DNA of 24,742 nt from a virus (Duplodnaviria > Caudoviricetes). The DNA lies in IMG/VR virus record IMGVR_UViG_3300032240_002299, positions 1 to 24,742 of that record, one strand, 5' to 3'. The notes under the pieces were generated by a model, which had not been told where the DNA came from, did no database searches, and was given only the letters and a program-made list of their open reading frames with translations. Within the stretch, counting starts at the first letter, position 1. Every line of letters starts with the position of its first letter. Position numbers and translations under genes: made by a program. Shown here piece by piece: positions 9,813-16,764 of the stretch.

Positions 9813-10428
9813 AATTGATTCAATATTAAATGAAATACAAAATGGACAATGTACTCTACCTACAGAGATAGAGAAATTGGAAGGAATGAGTGGTACATTA
9901 TATCGTAGATTTATTAATAAATTAGTTAACCAATTAACCGATATTAATTATTTGGAAATAGGATGTTGGAAAGGATCTACTGTAATATCTGCAATGTATA
10001 ACAATACAGATAAAATTAAAAATCATTATATAATAGATAATTGGTCAGAATTCGGTGGTCCTCAAGAAGAATTTAAAAATAACTTTAAAAAGTTTATTGG
10101 AATAGAACCAAATCTATTTAATATGGATTGTTTTTTGGAGTCTCCGTCAAAGTATGAAATTAAAAATATAGATTTATATCTGTATGATGGTCTTCATAAT
10201 TTAGAAACACAAGAAAAAGCATTATTACATTATATAGAGTCTATGAATGAAACATTTATATTCATAGTAGATGATTATAATTGGCCAGAAGTTGGTATTG
10301 GTACAGAAAATTCTATTAAAAAATTAAATTTGAAAATAGAATATAAAAAAATTATGTTAACTGGTGACTGTGATAATTTTAAGCACACATGGCATAATGG
10401 TGTAGGTATTTTTATTCTTTCAAAGTGA
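9784..10428 (+). CDS. class I SAM-dependent methyltransferase (Methyltransf_24-like)
   Basis: Motifs YLEIGCWKGST, IIDNW, DLYLYDGLH and FIVDDYNW. Confidence 0.82.
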   Translation: MINKKETINKIDSILNEIQNGQCTLPTEIEKLEGMSGTLYRRFINKLVNQLTDINYLEIGCWKGSTVISAMYNNTDKIKNHYIIDNWSEFGGPQEEFKNNFKKFIGIEPNLFNMDCFLESPSKYEIKNIDLYLYDGLHNLETQEKALLHYIESMNETFIFIVDDYNWPEVGIGTENSIKKLNLKIEYKKIMLTGDCDNFKHTWHNGVGIFILSK

Positions 10429-10432
10429 TCAT

Positions 10433-11590
10433 ATGACAAATTTACCAATAAAATTAGTTAAAGATACAATTTCACATGAAGAAATTGATTCTCTTTGCTC
10501 TTGGTTATCAACCTATCCACAATTAACTAAAGGAAAATTAACTGAACAGTTTGAAGAAGAATGGTCAAAGTGGTTAGGAGTTAAATATTCTGTTTTTGTT
10601 AATTCTGGTTCATCTGCCAATTTGGCGATGGTATATGCTCTAAAATTATCTGGTCGCCTTAGAAACAATAAGGTGGTTGCTCCATGTGTATCATGGGTAA
10701 CTACTATAAGTCCCATAATGCAACTAGGACTTGATTTAATACTATGTGACACTGATAAAGATAGTTTGGGCTTGGATCCAAAATGTCTTGAGGATATATG
10801 TAAAACAGAAAGACCATCATGTTTAATATTGGTTCATGTACTTGGTATTCCAAATAAAATGGATGAGATACGAGAAATATGCAATAGATATGATGTTCTA
10901 ATCATAGAAGATTCATGTGAAAGTGTCGGATCTTTATATAAAGGACAAAAAACTGGTACTTTTGGTTTAATGTCTTCATTCTCTACTTATTTTGGTCATC
11001 ATTTTTCCACAATAGAAGGTGGTTTAATTTCTACCAATGATTTTGAGATGTATGAACTATTAAAATCTATTAGATCTCATGGATGGAGTAGGGATCTTTC
11101 TGCTGAGACTCAAAAGAAATTAAAAGAAAAATATGATGTAGATGATTTTAGAAATTTATATACCTTTTATCATCCAGGATTTAATTTAAGATCCACGGAT
11201 CTCCAAGCATTTCTAGGTCTATCACAATTAAAAACATTAGATAGAAAAAATGAAACAAGATATAGAAACTTATTAAGATACGATCAGAAAATAAAAAATA
11301 ATTACTGGAAGATAAAATTTTCAGAGTTTAACAGTAATTTTGCGTACCCAATTATCCATCCAAAAAAGGATATAATTGTTAAAAATCTCAGAGAAGGAAA
11401 TGTTGAGTGTCGTCCGTTAATATGTGGTAGCATGTCAAGACAGCCATTTTATTACGAAAAATATGGAGAAAAGATTTATAGTTTTTCCGACATAATACAT
11501 GATTATGGTTTATATTTACCAAATAACCCAGATATGAGCATGGATGAAATCGATTATATAAGTAGCATAGTAAACAGGAGCATAAATTGA
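10433..11590 (+). CDS. colD: GDP-4-keto-6-deoxy-D-mannose 3-dehydratase (ColD/WbdK-like; DegT/DnrJ PLP family)
   Basis: DegT fold motifs VNSGSSANL, SWVTT and IEDSCES. The catalytic Lys position is His in SFSTYFGHHFSTIEGG, followed by IRSHGWSR and GFNLR, as in ColD. It is 385 aa, lacks the Cys-rich Fe-S insert of DdhC/RfbH, and lies next to gmd. Confidence 0.75.
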   Translation: MTNLPIKLVKDTISHEEIDSLCSWLSTYPQLTKGKLTEQFEEEWSKWLGVKYSVFVNSGSSANLAMVYALKLSGRLRNNKVVAPCVSWVTTISPIMQLGLDLILCDTDKDSLGLDPKCLEDICKTERPSCLILVHVLGIPNKMDEIREICNRYDVLIIEDSCESVGSLYKGQKTGTFGLMSSFSTYFGHHFSTIEGGLISTNDFEMYELLKSIRSHGWSRDLSAETQKKLKEKYDVDDFRNLYTFYHPGFNLRSTDLQAFLGLSQLKTLDRKNETRYRNLLRYDQKIKNNYWKIKFSEFNSNFAYPIIHPKKDIIVKNLREGNVECRPLICGSMSRQPFYYEKYGEKIYSFSDIIHDYGLYLPNNPDMSMDEIDYISSIVNRSIN

Positions 11591-11591
11591 T

Positions 11592-12572
11592 ATGAAAAAG
11601 ACAGCACTCATTATTGGCGCAAACGGACAAGATGCATCTTACTTAGCAGAATTTTTACTTGAAAAGGGATATATTGTCCACGGTACTATTCGTAGAAATT
11701 CAGTACCAGAATCACAAACAACAAGAATAGAACATTTACACTCTAAAGAACTAATAACACTACATTATATGGATTTAACTGATACCATCAGTGTAGATTC
11801 CGTTGTAAAAGAAACACAACCAGATGAAATTTATCATATCGGTGCTCAGTCACATGTTCAGGTATCCTTTGAGTTACCAAAATATACTCTAGATGTAAAT
11901 GCTGGTGGTACTCTAGCGATTCTAGAAGCAGTTCGTAGATTCTCACCGCATTCTAAAGTATACCATGCAGCAACATCAGAAATGTTTGGTAATTCATGTG
12001 ATCCAGATGGTCTACAGAGAGAAACAACACCATTAGTTCCAGTAAGTCCTTATGGATGTGCTAAATTATATGCACATACACTATGCCATAATTATAGAAA
12101 TGCATATAAAATGTTTGTTTGTTCTGGTATTTTATTCAACCACGAATCACCAAGAAGAGGTATAAACTTCGTAACAAATAAAGCAGCATTAGAAGCAGCA
12201 AAAATTAAACTAGGTCTTAGTGATAAATTAGTTCTTGGTAATCTCCATGCAAAAAGAGACTGGGGACATGCAAAAGATTATGTTGAAGCAATGTGGTTAA
12301 TGTTACAACAAGACAAACCAGAAGATTTTGTTATCGCAACTGGTGAAACTAGATCTGTTCAAGAAATGCTAGAATATATTTTTAATAGATTGGGATTAAA
12401 TTGGACAGATTATGTTGTTACTGATAAAAAATATCTAAGACCAGAAGAACTTCATTATTTAAGAGGCGATTCTACAAAAGCAAGAAATGTTCTTGGTTGG
12501 AATCCAAAATATACATTTGAACAAATGATGGACGAAATGGTTGACTATTGGTTAGATACATTAAAAAAATAA
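11592..12572 (+). CDS. gmd: GDP-mannose 4,6-dehydratase
   Basis: Motifs GANGQDASYLAE, AQSHVQVSF, ATSEMFG, SPYGCAK, LFNHESPRRG and LGNLHAKRDWGHAKDYV. Confidence 0.95.
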   Translation: MKKTALIIGANGQDASYLAEFLLEKGYIVHGTIRRNSVPESQTTRIEHLHSKELITLHYMDLTDTISVDSVVKETQPDEIYHIGAQSHVQVSFELPKYTLDVNAGGTLAILEAVRRFSPHSKVYHAATSEMFGNSCDPDGLQRETTPLVPVSPYGCAKLYAHTLCHNYRNAYKMFVCSGILFNHESPRRGINFVTNKAALEAAKIKLGLSDKLVLGNLHAKRDWGHAKDYVEAMWLMLQQDKPEDFVIATGETRSVQEMLEYIFNRLGLNWTDYVVTDKKYLRPEELHYLRGDSTKARNVLGWNPKYTFEQMMDEMVDYWLDTLKK

Positions 12573-12581
12573 ATATTTTGC

Positions 12582-12609
12582 TTGTATTTGTTTTGTAATG
12601 ATGTATACT
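12582..12609 (+). promoter_or_regulatory. sigma70-type early promoter upstream of gp33
   Basis: TTGTAT (12582-12587), 16 nt spacer, TATACT (12604-12609), in the gap before SD AAGGAG at 12618-12623. Confidence 0.55.
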
Positions 12610-12629
12610 TCTATGCAAAGGAGATTCAA

Positions 12630-12851
12630 ATGATAATTGAAAACAGTGAATTAAATCTTCAGCAAGAAATTGAAAAAAGAGTTCTTAGGACTGGAGATTC
12701 TTATATTGATGCAATTCTTTTTGTATGTGAAAATTATTCTTTAGATCCAGAATATATTGCAAAACATCTACCAAAACCAATTGTAGAAAAATTAAGAGAA
12801 GAAGGTGAATCATTAAATTTACTTCCAAAATCTTCAAGATTGCCAATTTAA
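12630..12851 (+). CDS. gp33: T4 gp33-like late promoter transcription co-activator
   Basis: EIEKRV...SYIDAILFVCENYSLDPEYIAKHLPKPIVEKLREEGESLNLLPKSSRLPI is the gp33 pattern. The likely start is ATG 12630 with SD AAGGAG, giving 73 aa, rather than TTG 12582. Confidence 0.88.
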   Translation: MIIENSELNLQQEIEKRVLRTGDSYIDAILFVCENYSLDPEYIAKHLPKPIVEKLREEGESLNLLPKSSRLPI

Positions 12852-12868
12852 ATTGAAAGAAAACAAAA

Positions 12869-13483
12869 ATGAAATATAATTTAAAACATAATATTAATCC
12901 ATACTATACTCATCAACCAGTTTTACATACATTATTGTCAAAAACAACTGGTTCAATTTTAGAACTTGGTTGTGGTGAAGGAAGCACAGAACTCATACAT
13001 AAATTTTCAGAAAAATATAATAGAAAAGTAGTTAGTATAGAATCAAATAAAGAATGGTCACAACCATATATTGAAAAATATACTACAAACAATCACAAAT
13101 TTATTATAGTAGATCATTCTATTGATTCTTGGAATACAATAATTGATAATATGAGTAATGATAATTGGGATTTGGTTTTTATTGATCAAGGAATATGGGA
13201 ATCAAGAGCATATTCATTTAAAAAATTAAAAGATAAAGTAAATTATATTATTCTTCATGACTTTGATTTTTTTCCAGCAAACAATTTATTAGGCGAATGT
13301 ATTGAAAAATTTGTAGATCAAAATAATACTGGTAAACGAAAATGGGATAATGAAATAAAATATTCAAAAGAATATTTTCCATTAATTTTTACTGGTCAAT
13401 CTGGACCACCAACTCTATTGGCAAGTAATTTTAATTCATGTGATATTGATGTTGATTTTAGTAAATATGAAGTAGAAATCTAA
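12869..13483 (+). CDS. SAM-dependent methyltransferase-like protein
   Basis: Motifs ILELGCGEGST (motif I), VVSIESNKEW, WDLVFIDQ and IILHD. Confidence 0.7.
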   Translation: MKYNLKHNINPYYTHQPVLHTLLSKTTGSILELGCGEGSTELIHKFSEKYNRKVVSIESNKEWSQPYIEKYTTNNHKFIIVDHSIDSWNTIIDNMSNDNWDLVFIDQGIWESRAYSFKKLKDKVNYIILHDFDFFPANNLLGECIEKFVDQNNTGKRKWDNEIKYSKEYFPLIFTGQSGPPTLLASNFNSCDIDVDFSKYEVEI

Positions 13484-13494
13484 TCTATATACTC

Positions 13495-13522
13495 TTGACT
13501 ACTTCAGTATCTGTAGTATACT
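13495..13522 (+). promoter_or_regulatory. sigma70-type early promoter for gp32
   Basis: TTGACT (13495-13500), 16 nt spacer, TATACT (13517-13522), intergenic. SD AAGGAG lies at 13564-13569. Confidence 0.7.
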
Positions 13523-13533
13523 ACTGGTGTAAG

Positions 13534-13588
13534 TCGTACATGTCGTACACTTAAAACATACAAAAGGAGATATCGTATATGTCGTTCA
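13534..13588 (+). repeat. 16-nt direct repeat duplicating the gp32 start region
   Basis: TCGTACATGTCGTACA (13534-13549) versus TCGTATATGTCGTTCA (13573-13588): 14 of 16 identical. Each copy is itself a 9-nt-period tandem. Confidence 0.7.
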
Positions 13589-14499
13589 AGGATCTAAAGA
13601 AGCGTTCTCAGGAAAACATTTCGCGTCTGACTGAAGAACTAGAGAAGATGAATAAGGGCGCAGAGTCTTACAAGGATGATCGTTTCTGGAAGCCTACGCT
13701 TGATCAAGCAAGCAATGGTTTCGCTGTCATCCGTTTCCTTCCCCCTGTTGAGGGTGAGGATGTTCCGTGGGTTCGTGTGTTCTCACACGGTTTCCAAGGC
13801 AAGGGTGGTTGGTTTATTGAAAACTGCCCAACCACTATCGGTGGCAAGTGCCCTGTTTGTGAAGCAAACAGTGAACTTTGGAATTCCGGTATTGAGGATG
13901 ACAAGACCGTAGCCCGTGATCGCAAGCGTAAGTTGTCTTACATTGCAAACATCATGGTCGTTTCGGATCCAAAGAATCCTTCAAACGATGGAAAGGTGTT
14001 CCTTTTCAAGTTTGGTAAGAAGATCTTTGACAAGATCATGGAGAAGTTGCAGCCTGAGTTTGCTGATGAGACTCCAACCAATGTCTTTGATTATTGGAAG
14101 GGTGCAGACTTCAAGTTGAAGATTCGTAAGGTTGCTGGTTATGTTAACTACGACAAGAGCGAGTTTGATGTTCCTGCTCCTCTTCTCGGTGGTGATGATA
14201 AGCAACTGGAAGGTGTCTGGGCGAAGCAGCACAAGTTGCAGGAGTTCCTCAAGGCAGATAACTTCAAGTCTTATGATGAACTGTCCAAGAAGTTGGATAG
14301 TGTCCTCAAGTCTGCTCCAGAGGGTAAGCGCAAGGCTGAGGAGATGTCAGATGATGATTTCGAACCAGAGACTGAACTGAAGTATTCGACCCCCAAGACT
14401 TCTAAGCCAGCCAAGATGGCTGAGAAGAAGGTTGTTGAGGAGGTTGAGGAAGAGGATGCAATGTCCTACTTCGAGAAGCTTACTAATGATGACGAGTGA
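13579..14499 (+). CDS. gp32: T4 gp32-like single-stranded DNA-binding protein
   Basis: Motifs DDRFWKP, NGFAVIRFLP, HGFQ...ENCPTTIGGKCPVCE (Zn ligands), FGKKIFDKI, GADFKLK and NYDKSEF, plus an acidic C-terminal tail. Confidence 0.96.
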   Translation: MSFKDLKKRSQENISRLTEELEKMNKGAESYKDDRFWKPTLDQASNGFAVIRFLPPVEGEDVPWVRVFSHGFQGKGGWFIENCPTTIGGKCPVCEANSELWNSGIEDDKTVARDRKRKLSYIANIMVVSDPKNPSNDGKVFLFKFGKKIFDKIMEKLQPEFADETPTNVFDYWKGADFKLKIRKVAGYVNYDKSEFDVPAPLLGGDDKQLEGVWAKQHKLQEFLKADNFKSYDELSKKLDSVLKSAPEGKRKAEEMSDDDFEPETELKYSTPKTSKPAKMAEKKVVEEVEEEDAMSYFEKLTNDDE

Positions 14500-14520
14500 G
14501 TAAAATGTGAAAGCGGTGTG

Positions 14521-14556
14521 GAAGAGAGCCAGAGAAATCTGGCTCTTTTCTTTTTA
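14521..14556 (+). terminator. rho-independent terminator after gp32
   Basis: GAAGAGAGCCAGA-GAAA-TCTGGCTCTTTTC forms a 13-bp stem with one G-U pair and a GNRA loop, followed by TTTTT. It lies between convergent genes. Confidence 0.85.
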
Positions 14557-16563
14557 TAGTAGTGCTGCTTTGTATGCGTCCATGTATACTTTTTGTAGTA
14601 CGGTTTCTGTATTTGTTACAGTTAAACCACCACTATTGAACTGTGCATTTGTCTCTGGCATGTTTCCTGCTCCCATACCACCAACAAAGTTATTTACAAT
14701 AGTTTGACCACCTTGAGTATTCAATGGTGAAATCTTTGTCATATCATAATATGATTGAATAGTATTCTTAAGAGCATCTGTTATGATTGTTGACTGTCTT
14801 TGTGTGGAACTTATATCTGAGTTTGCACTCTGCTTAATGATATCATATAAGTTTTTACCAATTGTCTCTGTGACTGTGTTTGGTTTGGTTGATACAACTG
14901 CTTCTGAAGTATAGTTCTCACCTGCAATGATTCTAGAACCACGCCTTGTTCCTTCGATGATTCCTTCGTTTGCAAACTCGTGATTTCCATATTTGAATGG
15001 TGAATCCATATCATACTTCTCGCGTTTTGCATCAAGAATACTTTTTTGCTTTTGAATTTCTTCTTTTATCTCTTTTTCATGTTTTGCCCAATATTCACTT
15101 GGATTTCTCCAACTATTGGTATTATAATCTTCTAATATTGTTGGTGCTTGTTTTAATAATTCTAAAGTTTTAGACATTCCAACATTACCAACAATCTCAG
15201 AAACCTTTGGTCCATATACAGAATCTTTCATTAAATATTCAAGTTTTTCTTTATCTGATGCACCTTTTGCTTGTTGCATAAAGATTGATAAACTATTTAC
15301 ATCTTCTATGCTGTATTTTCTACCAAGACCAAATGCTTTATTCATATCCACAATTTGATTTAACTTTTGATTTGTGGATACTATATTATGAAATTGTGCG
15401 AATTCAATACTAGATTGTTCCAAGATATTTGCTGCTTGTTGAGCAGTTCTTGCGGATTCTTCTTTAGCACCAGAATTTTCTTGAAATTTAGAAAGTTCTA
15501 ATAATTTATTTGCTTTTTCTTTATCTGCATCAAGTTTATTTTGAAGCTTTGTTAACATGCCACCTTCTGCAATCTCTTGACCAATAGTTCCTGCATTATA
15601 TGCTGTTTTTGTTAATTCATATAGACCATATAATTGACCAGCAATTGGTATTAGAGTTGCTAATCTGGAAGCACCCATTGCAGCGGCTGTTCCCGATAGA
15701 CCAGTCAATCCTACATCAATTGCTGTGCCTAAAGCAGCACCTTTAGTAAAATCCATTCCTGCTTCTTTTAATCTTTCAAAAAATGGTACATCATCATTTG
15801 CAAAAAATGATGTTACACCGCTAATAGCACCAGTTGCAAGTCCTGTTCTTCCTGCAGATTTTAAACTTTTTGCAGAAAATCCTATAGCATTTCCTGTTCC
15901 TTTTGCACCGGCAATTACTCGTTCACCTACAGGTATTTTTTCGGCAACTGGTTTTATTTCTACCAATCCCTTTTCGGCATCCAAAACCTTCACTTCTAAA
16001 TTTGTTTTTGTGGAACTTTTTCCAGTAACCGCTTCACCGATTTGGGTTTTTGCTTGTTTTGCACTTTCAAATAATTTTGTACCTGCTTGTCCAGTCTTAC
16101 TTGTTGCAGCAAAAGTTGTAGCAGTAGCAGTTGCAACTGGTGGTAATATTTCTCGTGCAGCCGGTTTGGAATCTGCAAATGGATTTATTTTTCCACTTTC
16201 CCACCATTCTTTAAATCCCTTAATAGCAGTAATTAATCCAGCAATTGAAGCACCTACTCCTATCAATCCTGGTAAAAATCCACTTAGTAAAGAACCCAAT
16301 ATTCCACCACCTGCGCCACCTGATATTGTAAATTCTTTATCTCTAATTTCTTCTAACAGTTTTGTTGTTTTTATTTTATATTTTTTATCTTCATCTTCAA
16401 TTTGTTTTGATTCTGATTCTATTTCTTCTTGTTTTGCAACTTGATCTGATGTTATTTTATTTTGTTTTTCTGTTATAGAAAATAAAGAATTAATGGTTTT
16501 AAATACACCATCTACCTTTTTACTAATGTCTATTAAAATTTTTTCTTTATCTTCTAGTGGCAT
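14554..16563 (-). CDS. tape-measure / baseplate hub gp29-like protein
   Basis: 669 aa, Ala/Gly/Lys-rich and helical-looking, with hydrophobic segments. FANEGIIEG...IAGENYTSEAVV resembles the A.GG.V....GE.G.EAV motif of tape-measure proteins. It follows gp26-gp51. Confidence 0.6.
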   Translation of the reverse strand: MPLEDKEKILIDISKKVDGVFKTINSLFSITEKQNKITSDQVAKQEEIESESKQIEDEDKKYKIKTTKLLEEIRDKEFTISGGAGGGILGSLLSGFLPGLIGVGASIAGLITAIKGFKEWWESGKINPFADSKPAAREILPPVATATATTFAATSKTGQAGTKLFESAKQAKTQIGEAVTGKSSTKTNLEVKVLDAEKGLVEIKPVAEKIPVGERVIAGAKGTGNAIGFSAKSLKSAGRTGLATGAISGVTSFFANDDVPFFERLKEAGMDFTKGAALGTAIDVGLTGLSGTAAAMGASRLATLIPIAGQLYGLYELTKTAYNAGTIGQEIAEGGMLTKLQNKLDADKEKANKLLELSKFQENSGAKEESARTAQQAANILEQSSIEFAQFHNIVSTNQKLNQIVDMNKAFGLGRKYSIEDVNSLSIFMQQAKGASDKEKLEYLMKDSVYGPKVSEIVGNVGMSKTLELLKQAPTILEDYNTNSWRNPSEYWAKHEKEIKEEIQKQKSILDAKREKYDMDSPFKYGNHEFANEGIIEGTRRGSRIIAGENYTSEAVVSTKPNTVTETIGKNLYDIIKQSANSDISSTQRQSTIITDALKNTIQSYYDMTKISPLNTQGGQTIVNNFVGGMGAGNMPETNAQFNSGGLTVTNTETVLQKVYMDAYKAALL

Positions 16564-16566
16564 GAA

Positions 16567-16764
16567 TTATCCTCTTATTTTACTTTTTTTTCTGGATTGC
16601 TCTATTCTATCTTTTTGTTCTTGGATATTTTTTATATGTAATCCAATGTAAACTCTTCTTTCCCAAGGTAACATAATTTCTAATTCATTTATATTAAATA
16701 TTTTGCTCTCGATCAATGCGTAATTAGTTTCATACATTATTTTTAAATTTTCAACCGAGAGCAT
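16567..16764 (-). CDS. gp51: short gp51-like baseplate hub assembly catalyst
   Basis: YETNYAL...INELEIMLPWERRVYIGL matches the gp51 C-terminal motif (N.AL...ELE.M.PWER.Y). Confidence 0.8.
   Translation of the reverse strand: MLSVENLKIMYETNYALIESKIFNINELEIMLPWERRVYIGLHIKNIQEQKDRIEQSRKKSKIRG

Noticed and set aside
10433-11590. Perosamine synthase or CDP-pathway E1 (DdhC/RfbH) call
   Set aside because: The catalytic Lys is replaced by His, which rules out Per. The Cys-rich Fe-S segment is absent and the partner is gmd, which argues against E1.
1-12572. Bacterial O-antigen/capsule locus
   Set aside because: There is no flippase, polymerase or initiating transferase, and it is directly contiguous with T4-like core genes.
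12568-12575. AATAAATA late-promoter-like box at the gmd stop
   Set aside because: Such matches are common in this AT-rich DNA, and a sigma70-type promoter directly downstream explains gp33 expression.
13676-14380. Cluster of alternative-frame ORFs inside gp32
   Set aside because: Expected from the higher GC and the lack of TTA-type codons in gp32; no independent support.
14507-14707. 66-aa ORF after gp32
   Set aside because: It runs through the terminator hairpin and is antisense to the end of the tape-measure gene.
15725-16444. 239-aa plus-strand ORF
   Set aside because: It is the antisense shadow of the Ala/Gly/Thr-rich tape-measure gene, with no recognisable motifs.
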